Positions 16,983 through 27,900 of a stretch of 32,000 bases of DNA are shown here, piece after piece. Source of the DNA: an uncultured delta proteobacterium (GTDB taxonomy: Bacteria; Myxococcota_A; Polyangia; Polyangiales; Polyangiaceae); contig CAWEUH010000051.1 in NCBI GenBank assembly GCA_963811985.1, positions 116,162 to 148,161 on the forward strand. The letters are read 5' to 3'. How positions within the stretch are numbered: position 1 is the stretch's first letter; each line of letters starts with the position of its first letter. The translations under genes and the position numbers were made by a program. The notes under the pieces were generated by a model. It made no database searches and had not been told where the DNA came from. It saw nothing but the letters and a program-made list of their open reading frames with translations.

Positions 16983-17468
16983 TTAGGGTCGCCCGTCGTT
17001 GGCGTTGTCCAGCGTCACGAGGAATCGATCCAACTGTTCAAGGTCGGCTTGCAGCAGTGGTTCAAGCGCCAACATGTCTGTCTTTAGCGCCTCGAGCCGC
17101 CGAGCGTCGAGCGTCACTGCATACGCATGTCGAAAGAAATGCCGGAACGCTAGAAGTGTTCTCAATATTCGCAAGGTCTCGTCACAGAGCACTCTTGGCC
17201 TCACACCATCGAGTTCGAGAGCCATGCTTTCCAACAGCTCCACATGCCAATCGGGCCCCGCGGGTAGCGCGCCTTCGACGTACCTTGACAGGCGCACCAG
17301 CGATGACTCGACGGCGCCGTAGCCGTGGTGCAGCGCCACAGCAGCCTGAGCAGCCGTGGCGGGCGCAGCATCTGCGAGATTGATTCCCCTCAGTTCGTTT
17401 GCACGAGCAGAGAACGAGGCATAGTCACTCCTAATCTCGGCCCTCAACCTCTGTAGTGCAGCATTCAT
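16983..17468 (-). CDS. HEPN-domain toxin (HepT-like ribonuclease)
   Basis: 161 aa. The Rx4H motif in its typical context (LLAFRHFFRHAY) sits near the C-terminal third. The start overlaps the upstream nucleotidyltransferase gene by 4 bp. Confidence 0.7.
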   Translation of the reverse strand: MNAALQRLRAEIRSDYASFSARANELRGINLADAAPATAAQAAVALHHGYGAVESSLVRLSRYVEGALPAGPDWHVELLESMALELDGVRPRVLCDETLRILRTLLAFRHFFRHAYAVTLDARRLEALKTDMLALEPLLQADLEQLDRFLVTLDNANDGRP

Positions 17469-17893
17469 AAGATACGACCTTCCCGTTCTATGCGGTTCCG
17501 CAGGCTTTCATCTGCCTCTTCCACTCGAACCAGGTCAACGGGGCCCCTGAACAACTCCATCAGAGCTGCCAGCGCTCGAAAATAGGAAGCCGGTGCAAGC
17601 CCTGCCACGGCCAGGTCAACGTCACTGGTCTCGGTAGCCGTGTCGTTTGCCAGTGAACCAAAGAGCCACACTCTTCGCGCGCCAAACTCGTCAGCCAACA
17701 TCCGCCGTGCCTCTGGCAGTCGCTCCCGCAAACGTCCGGCACGAATCTCCGAACGCAGACGCAATGCGCGTTGCATGGTCTCCAGGTGCAACAACGTCTC
17801 TTCTGGCGTGACCGACATGGTTGCAAGCGTAGCCGAAATACGTTTCCCAAGCCAGAGCCGCTCTATCACGTCCTCGCTCGCGGGCTCGCTCAA
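17465..17893 (-). CDS. Minimal nucleotidyltransferase (MNT/MntA-like) antitoxin
   Basis: Motif RVWLFGSLANDTATETSDVDLAV (GS...DxD of the pol-beta NTase fold). The true start may be ATG 17818 (MSVTPEE, 118 aa). Confidence 0.75.
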   Translation of the reverse strand: MSEPASEDVIERLWLGKRISATLATMSVTPEETLLHLETMQRALRLRSEIRAGRLRERLPEARRMLADEFGARRVWLFGSLANDTATETSDVDLAVAGLAPASYFRALAALMELFRGPVDLVRVEEADESLRNRIEREGRIL

Positions 17894-18040
17894 GACGCAT
17901 TTTGGCGCCGGTCTCCGCGCGGGTTACCGCGCTCCGCCCCGCCGGGAAAGCGCTTTGTCGTTCACTGCTCACAGCAAGAGGCGATCACGGCCCCACTCTC
18001 GTTCGCGACACGCTCCGGAGCAGCCCTTTTACTTGCCCAA

Positions 18041-18145
18041 CCTCCTCTTGCGTAGACGCTGCGAGCGGCGGTGGGTGCACTTGCCAGGTCCACCCCAACC
18101 AAACTGGCTGGCTCGGGGAGATATCCTCGGTTGCGGCGACGCGGG
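18041..18145 (+). pseudogene. Remnant of a paralogue of the 14120..15541 lipoprotein gene (C-terminal domain fragment)
   Basis: About 100 bp are alignable to 15270..15375. The fragment reads SSCVDAASGGGCTCQV..NQTGWLGE, against SSCVDATSGGGCTCQANANQSGWLGV. No intact ORF surrounds it. Confidence 0.55.
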
Positions 18146-18586
18146 CTTGCGTCGCTTGATGCCCGGGATCCATTTTTGTTGGCGTGACGGCAATGCAAAG
18201 TCGCTGCGCGACTGCGATCAGCGTGCAGGGTGCAGGGTGCAGGGTCAAAGTTTGGTGGGTTGGGGGGTGCGTTAGGAGGGTGGAGTGGAACGTGGTGAGT
18301 AACAGGAACACGTCACGCCCAACCCACCACTCATCGCTTTCAACACAATCCCCAACCCTCATTACGCCGACGCTGCACGCTGACCGCTGCACCCTGACCT
18401 CAATTCACGGCTCATAGTCGAGTCACGATCCGCCTCTCCTCGGCACTTTTGATTCTGCCAGCGTGCTCGGGCGCGTCAAGGACTGCGCGGCTCTGCCGCT
18501 TGCCGCGCTTTGCGCGGGCTTCGCCTCCTTGACCCGCCCTGCGCGCGCTGGCGTTCGGGTGCTGTTTTTTTTCAAGGAGGCACTCG

Positions 18587-18913
18587 ATGCTCAACATCTA
18601 TCCTGTCGTTATTGAATTCATTACGGCACTGCGGCCGCTGCTTGCTCAAATCGAGCGGCGTGACCGTGACCTGGGGCGGCAACTGCGTCGGGCTTCTTCC
18701 AGCGTGGCGTTGAATCTCGGTGAAGGCATGTACTCGCGCGGGGAGTTGAGGACCGCTCGGTATCACACGGCCCTCGGCTCCATGCGCGAGAGCTTTTCGT
18801 GCTTGGAAGTGGCTCATGCGTTTGGGTATGTCAGCGCGTTGGATGCTAGCATGCTCAACCGAGTCAATTGCATTACAGGCTCGTTGGTTCGGTTGGTTGA
18901 GGGCAAGCGGTAG
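18587..18913 (+). CDS. Four-helix-bundle protein (23S rRNA intervening-sequence protein / Avd-like family)
   Basis: 108 aa. MLNIYPVVIEFITALRPLLAQIERRDRDLGRQLRRASSSVALNLGEGMYSRG..R.ARYHTALGSMRESFSCLEVA matches the family pattern (..l.dQl.RAs.Si.lNiaEG...). Confidence 0.8.
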   Translation: MLNIYPVVIEFITALRPLLAQIERRDRDLGRQLRRASSSVALNLGEGMYSRGELRTARYHTALGSMRESFSCLEVAHAFGYVSALDASMLNRVNCITGSLVRLVEGKR

Positions 18914-18962
18914 GGGTCCAGGTATGCAATGCGCCGGTTGACGTCCCAGATTCCCAGGGACA

Positions 18963-21900
18963 GTTTCAACTCACGCCCGCGCGCGGCGGGCGACCGCGGA
19001 CTTCGCCGCTGGGGGTTACGGGGTGGGTTTCAACTCACGCCCGCGCGCGGCGGGCGACAATGTCGTCAATGTAGCATTTGGGCACGATTCGTTTCAACTC
19101 ACGCCCGCGCGCGGCGGGCGACAACAAGCGGTGGCATCGGTGGAGATGTCGTGCTGTTTCAACTCACGCCCGCGCGCGGCGGGCGACTATCTTGACGGGA
19201 AGTTTACGTGCCGGAGTGACGTTTCAACTCACGCCCGCGCGCGGCGGGCGACACATCGCGCGCCGTGAGCCATGCCAATGGATTTGTTTCAACTCACGCC
19301 CGCGCGCGGCGGGCGACGCTCAAAAGCATGCAACGTTCGACAAGCTCAAGTCTCAACTCACGCCCGCGCGCGGCGGGCGACCTGCTGGTTTTACGGAGGA
19401 ACTTACGGACGAAGTTTCAACTCACGCCCGCGCGCGGCGGGCGACCACTTTACCAAGAGCCTCAAGTTCTTCCTTACGGTTTCAACTCACGCCCGCGCGC
19501 GGCGGGCGACACGGGTTTGCTTGCTGCTGCCGTTAGTTGTCCGGTTTCAACTCACGCCCGCGCGCGGCGGGCGACTTTGCCGCGAACGAATTATTAGAGA
19601 CGGACAAGTTTCAACTCACGCCCGCGCGCGGCGGGCGACGTTTTTCAGCTGCACACCATCAAGCCCCAAAATCGTTTCAACTCACGCCCGCGCGCGGCGG
19701 GCGACCGGCTCCAGCGAAGTTTCGAAGGGCCCGGACAGTTTCAACTCACGCCCGCGCGCGGCGGGCGACCAAGGGATGCCAGCGACATGCCGGGCAAATC
19801 GGTTTCAACTCACGCCCGCGCGCGGCGGGCGACCCGGCGGAGTACAGCTAGCCGGTACGGTATTCGTTTCAACTCACGCCCGCGCGCGGCGGGCGACACC
19901 CGAGAGTGACGACGAATCGTCAGGAATTGAGGTTTCAACTCACGCCCGCGCGCGGCGGGCGACTTTTGGAGGCGTGAATGACGCAGTGGTATACAAGGTT
20001 TCAACTCACGCCCGCGCGCGGCGGGCGACAGTCCCTCGAGATCCAACTCGGAACCGTGTGGGTTTCAACTCACGCCCGCGCGCGGCGGGCGACTCGCAAT
20101 AGACACGCCCGACGATGCCGCCTCGAGGTTTCAACTCACGCCCGCGCGCGGCGGGCGACCACATCGCTGAGACGGTGATTCCAAGGCTTGCTGTTTCAAC
20201 TCACGCCCGCGCGCGGCGGGCGACTATGACACTAATCGACCAGTTGACCGATGAACAGTTTCAACTCACGCCCGCGCGCGGCGGGCGACCTTAGGCCTCT
20301 TGTTGAGGCCACCCCATTGTTTGTTTCAACTCACGCCCGCGCGCGGCGGGCGACATGACCTATGCTCACTATGAGGCCTGTTGTCGTGTTTCAACTCACG
20401 CCCGCGCGCGGCGGGCGACGTGATGGATTTCATTGTCGGCCACCCCCGGTTGTTTCAACTCACGCCCGCGCGCGGCGGGCGACCACCGAACTTGGTCGCC
20501 AATGCCAATGCATAACGTTTCAACTCACGCCCGCGCGCGGCGGGCGACCAAGTCGCACATGCGCCTCGCGCCGAGAACTGGTTTCAACTCACGCCCGCGC
20601 GCGGCGGGCGACGAGAAGATGTCACGAAGCGCGCGCGGGCCTCTGTTTCAACTCACGCCCGCGCGCGGCGGGCGACTTCGACGCTGCAACGACGGGCAAC
20701 CTGTTCATGTTTCAACTCACGCCCGCGCGCGGCGGGCGACGGACCAGAGATTTCGGGGAAAGAGGCTGTTGAGTTTCAACTCACGCCCGCGCGCGGCGGG
20801 CGACCGGGAACGTCAGGCAATTTCGGAGGCGAACGTGTTTCAACTCACGCCCGCGCGCGGCGGGCGACGGGTCTTAGGGCCAAAGAGTCTTTGCAGACCT
20901 TGTTTCAACTCACGCCCGCGCGCGGCGGGCGACGGTCCGGTAGTCCTGGATAGTCGCGGCAGATCTGTTTCAACTCACGCCCGCGCGCGGCGGGCGACTT
21001 GGGCTGGGCGTCAATCTGCGCGCTCGTGGTGGTTTCAACTCACGCCCGCGCGCGGCGGGCGACCCGGTTGGCGACATCACACGCAATGACGCACTGTTTC
21101 AACTCACGCCCGCGCGCGGCGGGCGACTTGGGCTGGGCGTCAATCTGCGCGCTCGTGGTGGTTTCAACTCACGCCCGCGCGCGGCGGGCGACCCGGTAAT
21201 TGCAATCAAGTCGGTACTTGTAAAGTTTCAACTCACGCCCGCGCGCGGCGGGCGACTAAGTACCAACGTGGCGCCAGCTGGTACCGTGGTTTCAACTCAC
21301 GCCCGCGCGCGGCGGGCGACAATCGCGACTTTACCCGCTAAAGTCCAGTTGATGTTTCAACTCACGCCCGCGCGCGGCGGGCGACCAGCCGAGCCCACGG
21401 TCGTGGCCGCGCACTTCACGTTTCAACTCACGCCCGCGCGCGGCGGGCGACCCGGATTTTGACGCCGCGGGGGACTGCTAGGGAGTTTCAACTCACGCCC
21501 GCGCGCGGCGGGCGACTAGCGTCGATGCAAGACGAGGCATTCGTTGTTGTGTTTCAACTCACGCCCGCGCGCGGCGGGCGACTAAAAATGGAAACGGACT
21601 GGATAATCGAAGAGGTTTCAACTCACGCCCGCGCGCGGCGGGCGACCGGGGTTGCGCTTGATCTGTGATAAGGACTTGGTGTTTCAACTCACGCCCGCGC
21701 GCGGCGGGCGACGACGAGAGTCGGAGCCAAGGTGTCGAACGATTGCGTTTCAACTCACGCCCGCGCGCGGCGGGCGACCGTCGGGGGCGATCGCGTCAAA
21801 ATCCCCGGAAGTTTCAACTCACGCCCGCGCGCGGCGGGCGACAACCTTCGCACCCAATTGCGGGTGATTCAAGAGTTTCAACTCACGCCCGCGCGCGGCG

Positions 21901-24900
21901 GGCGACGAGCGGTCGGACCACGCGTGAAGGCCCAAGATGTTTCAACTCACGCCCGCGCGCGGCGGGCGACTGGCGGCAGCGGAAAGGAACGGGATTCTTG
22001 AATGTTTCAACTCACGCCCGCGCGCGGCGGGCGACCCCGCGGCTCATGTTGGACGGCTGGATATTCATGTTTCAACTCACGCCCGCGCGCGGCGGGCGAC
22101 GAGCTAGGCAAGCGCGCCGGAAGCCGATTTTGGTTTCAACTCACGCCCGCGCGCGGCGGGCGACAACGAGGATTGCCACATGTGCCCGCGGTTCGCATGT
22201 TTCAACTCACGCCCGCGCGCGGCGGGCGACACCAACATTCCAAGGCACGTCGATGATTCGACCGGTTTCAACTCACGCCCGCGCGCGGCGGGCGACCTGC
22301 CGCCGATTAATACACTAGCCGAATCTATTGTTTCAACTCACGCCCGCGCGCGGCGGGCGACGAGCGTGCGACACGAATGAAAGTGGCGGGATCGGGTTTC
22401 AACTCACGCCCGCGCGCGGCGGGCGACATCAACCCCCTTTCGGAAGCTGATCGATGCCCACGTTTCAACTCACGCCCGCGCGCGGCGGGCGACCCGTCCA
22501 TAGAAGAAGGGGTCGATAGTTGTGATCGTTTCAACTCACGCCCGCGCGCGGCGGGCGACAGGGTACGAAGACGGCGAAGGCCTAGGAAAAGGTTTCAACT
22601 CACGCCCGCGCGCGGCGGGCGACCGCCAAGGTCAACATTTGTAGCTAGTTGCCGTATCGTTTCAACTCACGCCCGCGCGCGGCGGGCGACCACGGAGCCC
22701 ATTACACGCGGCATTCAATTGGGTTTCAACTCACGCCCGCGCGCGGCGGGCGACTAAGTGCTGAGCGAACGAAGAATGCCGATTTTGTTTCAACTCACGC
22801 CCGCGCGCGGCGGGCGACTTTACTTTTTGGGACGAGGTTTAGTGCATTCGTGTTTCAACTCACGCCCGCGCGCGGCGGGCGACACTAAAACGAACTGGCA
22901 GAACCAAGCTGTTGCGGTTTCAACTCACGCCCGCGCGCGGCGGGCGACAGGATGAGCTTTTGCGGCCCACGTGGCCCAGTGTTTCAACTCACGCCCGCGC
23001 GCGGCGGGCGACAGGGTCACCGCGGAGTTAGATTGAGCCCAGAAGTTTCAACTCACGCCCGCGCGCGGCGGGCGACAAGCGTTGCTCGCAGTGCTTTGCC
23101 AACAAAATTGTTTCAACTCACGCCCGCGCGCGGCGGGCGACGCGACTTCCCGACTCGCATCGGTCGAGACGAGCAGTTTCAACTCACGCCCGCGCGCGGC
23201 GGGCGACTTCCAATCGAAGTCGCTGCAGCGTCGAACAGATAGTTTCAACTCACGCCCGCGCGCGGCGGGCGACTCCGATTCTTGAAGCTGCAACCGGTGA
23301 CATCGTGTTTCAACTCACGCCCGCGCGCGGCGGGCGACAACGCAGCTGCGGCGAATGACACTAGCCGCAGTGTTTCAACTCACGCCCGCGCGCGGCGGGC
23401 GACTTTGTCGCGCTTCTGCGGCGCTTCAATCATACTTGTTTCAACTCACGCCCGCGCGCGGCGGGCGACTGCGAGTCTGCGCGATGCATCCAGAGCTGAC
23501 TAGTTTCAACTCACGCCCGCGCGCGGCGGGCGACTTGCCGGAGTAATCTCGATCCACTGTCCATTGATGTTTCAACTCACGCCCGCGCGCGGCGGGCGAC
23601 CCCAAGATGCTGCACGCTGTTATCGGAGGCATGTTTCAACTCACGCCCGCGCGCGGCGGGCGACGTTGAATCTGCGAGCTTGCCCGGATATCCCTTCAAG
23701 TTTCAACTCACGCCCGCGCGCGGCGGGCGACTGCCGACGAAGCGGCACCAGTCGAAGACGAAGTGTTTCAACTCACGCCCGCGCGCGGCGGGCGACCAAC
23801 GCTGACCGTCTTCACCGTCCGCTTCGATTGTTTCAACTCACGCCCGCGCGCGGCGGGCGACGCGGCTGCAGGAATCCAGGCGCCCAAACCATTGTTTCAA
23901 CTCACGCCCGCGCGCGGCGGGCGACTTTGCGGCCTTCGTCGTGCTGTTGCACTGTGGGTTTCAACTCACGCCCGCGCGCGGCGGGCGACCGTTGCTGACC
24001 TCTTGTTCGGTCATCCCAATTTGGTTTCAACTCACGCCCGCGCGCGGCGGGCGACTGTAGCGGTCGAAGTTGCAACTCCTCGACAATGTTTCAACTCACG
24101 CCCGCGCGCGGCGGGCGACTTGGTGCTAGCTCCATCGACACATGTTCAATTGTTTCAACTCACGCCCGCGCGCGGCGGGCGACCGTCCAAGCTCGAGCGG
24201 CTTATGGAGCGCGGCATGTTTCAACTCACGCCCGCGCGCGGCGGGCGACGCCGCGACTCGCTGGCATTGATTCGAGCAAGTCGTTTCAACTCACGCCCGC
24301 GCGCGGCGGGCGACACCCCCATTGTAGAAAGTGCTCTCAAGAGCATGTTTCAACTCACGCCCGCGCGCGGCGGGCGACTTTTGCATGCAAGAAAGTAGGA
24401 CAACAACATGGGTTTCAACTCACGCCCGCGCGCGGCGGGCGACCGCAAAACTGTCTGAGCTCTTCAGCGAAGCGAAGTTTCAACTCACGCCCGCGCGCGG
24501 CGGGCGACGTCAATAGCCAGCAACGCGCGTTGAGCAGTCAGTTTCAACTCACGCCCGCGCGCGGCGGGCGACGCTTGTTCTTCTCCGGACCGACTGCGTA
24601 AATCTGTTTCAACTCACGCCCGCGCGCGGCGGGCGACCTGCGAATCATCTCACCGAACCGCTCAAGACTGGGTTTCAACTCACGCCCGCGCGCGGCGGGC
24701 GACCGCAACGATTCGAAGGGTGGTCGCGAAATGATGTTTCAACTCACGCCCGCGCGCGGCGGGCGACAGGCGCGCCGGCATCTTGGCGATGCTCGCAGAG
24801 TTTCAACTCACGCCCGCGCGCGGCGGGCGACGTCCGACACTGGCAACAATCCCGTGGGCTCTTGTTTCAACTCACGCCCGCGCGCGGCGGGCGACGTCTG

Positions 24901-27900
24901 AATCGTACGATCCGGTAAACAGGTTGGGGTTTCAACTCACGCCCGCGCGCGGCGGGCGACTCCAGTGGAAGATCAGCAGACGAAGTGCCAAAAGGTTTCA
25001 ACTCACGCCCGCGCGCGGCGGGCGACACACGTTCGTCCGTCACCAGGTCATGCATTGGCGTTTCAACTCACGCCCGCGCGCGGCGGGCGACGGCCTCGTA
25101 CGTGTACCACCCGAAGTCATAGACGTTTCAACTCACGCCCGCGCGCGGCGGGCGACCAGCATGGTCCGTATGTCCCACAAGCAGTACAGCAGTTTCAACT
25201 CACGCCCGCGCGCGGCGGGCGACATCCGATTCGATGACCCTTCGCTCGGCACTCGGTTTCAACTCACGCCCGCGCGCGGCGGGCGACTAGGACGCCTTTC
25301 CACGCGTCGTGCTCGGTGAGTTTCAACTCACGCCCGCGCGCGGCGGGCGACCAGACGAAACCCAAACCGCAGTCGGGCTATGCGTTTCAACTCACGCCCG
25401 CGCGCGGCGGGCGACTGTGCCACGTGTTGGTTGACCACCTGTAGTAGAGTTTCAACTCACGCCCGCGCGCGGCGGGCGACCGCGTCGATTCCAAGTCTCC
25501 GTCGAGTTCGGCGTTTCAACTCACGCCCGCGCGCGGCGGGCGACACCCTACCTCAATAAAGCGGCCGCCGATGCGATGTTTCAACTCACGCCCGCGCGCG
25601 GCGGGCGACGCAATGTGATAAATCCTAGGTCGTCGGGACCGGGTTTCAACTCACGCCCGCGCGCGGCGGGCGACGGGTGTGATCGTTCTTCCAAAATGCC
25701 AACTTCATGTTTCAACTCACGCCCGCGCGCGGCGGGCGACCATCACTGGATCATCCGTGGAACATCCAGTGGTTTCAACTCACGCCCGCGCGCGGCGGGC
25801 GACCGACGTCCGAAACCGCCGCGGATTGACTTTGGGTTTCAACTCACGCCCGCGCGCGGCGGGCGACAACCGAAATCGCGCGATGGTCAGCAACCCATTT
25901 GTGGTTTCAACTCACGCCCGCGCGCGGCGGGCGACGTCAACGTCCTACCGAGTGGTTCTTTGACAGAGTTTCAACTCACGCCCGCGCGCGGCGGGCGACG
26001 ACTCGTTTGGCGGGCTTGCTCCGATCAGCTTGTTTCAACTCACGCCCGCGCGCGGCGGGCGACATCTATGTGTTCGGACATGATACCAATTACCTGTTTC
26101 AACTCACGCCCGCGCGCGGCGGGCGACAATCGAGTTCTGTCAACCGCGACCTGCAATTTGATGTTTCAACTCACGCCCGCGCGCGGCGGGCGACCTGCTG
26201 CTGGGTCGCCGTGATTGCGTCCGTCGCGTTTCAACTCACGCCCGCGCGCGGCGGGCGACCTGCCCGACATTCCGACAATGCGCGAGCGGATGTTTCAACT
26301 CACGCCCGCGCGCGGCGGGCGACCGCACCAATTCTGGCAATTGGCGCCCGCGAATTGTTTCAACTCACGCCCGCGCGCGGCGGGCGACCCAGCGCCCCAC
26401 CGTCAGCACATTGTAGGTGTGTTTCAACTCACGCCCGCGCGCGGCGGGCGACATGGATTCGCCAAATGACCTATCGGTATGTCTTGTTTCAACTCACGCC
26501 CGCGCGCGGCGGGCGACATCCACAATTGGGGCAGAGGTGGGCAACGGATAGTTTCAACTCACGCCCGCGCGCGGCGGGCGACGAATGATGCAATCTGTGG
26601 CCAGCTCGGCATTTCTGTTTCAACTCACGCCCGCGCGCGGCGGGCGACCTCGTCAGTCGCGCGAGTACTCGGCGCGAGCCACGACGCGCAAGACGTAGGT
26701 TTCAACTCACGCCCGCGCGCGGCGGGCGACCCGCAGTGGCAACGCGCGCAATCGACCCGACGGCGCGAACGCAGTGTTTCAACTCACGCCCGCGCGCGGC
26801 GGGCGACAGCTCCATCGACGTCTGACTGCACACACGCGCGACTTACTTGGACAATGACTACGTTTCAACTCACGCCCGCGCGCGGCGGGCGACCCCGAAT
26901 TTCTCGCGTACGAGTCGTACCAACTGTTTCAACTCACGCCCGCGCGCGGCGGGCGACCGCACCGCTTCGACACTCACACCGCGGTGACTCGTTTCAACTC
27001 ACGCCCGCGCGCGGCGGGCGACAAGCTTGCGAACGAAGAGCTGACGCAAGCGGCGTTTCAACTCACGCCCGCGCGCGGCGGGCGACCCACAGTCTCGCGA
27101 ATTTGATAGCCGCTTCACGTTTCAACTCACGCCCGCGCGCGGCGGGCGACAATACGCTGAGTCGATATTCCGCCGTTGGTTGGTTTCAACTCACGCCCGC
27201 GCGCGGCGGGCGACCCCAACGCGTCGGCGATCAGCGCAATGGAGTACAGTTTCAACTCACGCCCGCGCGCGGCGGGCGACCAGGGGGTTGACGAAAACGA
27301 CCACCCGTTGCTCGTTTCAACTCACGCCCGCGCGCGGCGGGCGACCGGGGTGTCGTCCATTTCCTCGGGGAAATTCAAGTTTCAACTCACGCCCGCGCGC
27401 GGCGGGCGACCTCTTGAATGGTATTTTTGGGAATGCCCCCAATTGTTTCAACTCACGCCCGCGCGCGGCGGGCGACCGCCGGCACAATGCATCTGCGACG
27501 GCTTCAGGAGTTTCAACTCACGCCCGCGCGCGGCGGGCGACACCTGCAATCTCAGCACGAACCGGGACAGTAACGGTTTCAACTCACGCCCGCGCGCGGC
27601 GGGCGACTCGGCGAGTTTGGAGGCCTGATCTACTTCCTCCTGTTTCAACTCACGCCCGCGCGCGGCGGGCGACCGTTGTGCCATCGTCGCTGCATCCCAG
27701 CGCGAAGTTTCAACTCACGCCCGCGCGCGGCGGGCGACCCTTGGAAGGCACCGGGGAACACCTAATTTGGAGTTTCAACTCACGCCCGCGCGCGGCGGGC
27801 GACTGGCGACGACGGACGAATGTCAACGGCCACGTCGAAGTTTCAACTCACGCCCGCGCGCGGCGGGCGACCCTTGGTAAACGCCGACACCCCGGCAGGA

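Noticed and set aside
16575-17383. ORFs 16575..16922 (minus), 16751..17383 (plus) and 16999..17322 (plus)
   Set aside because: They are antisense or off-frame to the HEPN gene, or lie in the convergent intergenic gap. They have no motifs and an Arg/Ala-rich composition.
18587-18913. The idea that the Avd-like four-helix-bundle gene marks a diversity-generating retroelement
   Set aside because: I could find no reverse transcriptase ORF and no template/variable repeat pair with adenine-specific mismatches in the window.
26649-26861. The idea that each long spacer is two spacers separated by a badly degenerated repeat
   Set aside because: The lengths (45-54 bp) are far below the roughly 97 bp this would need. 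None of the three contains a recognisable piece of the repeat, such as TTCAACTCAC or the GC stem.
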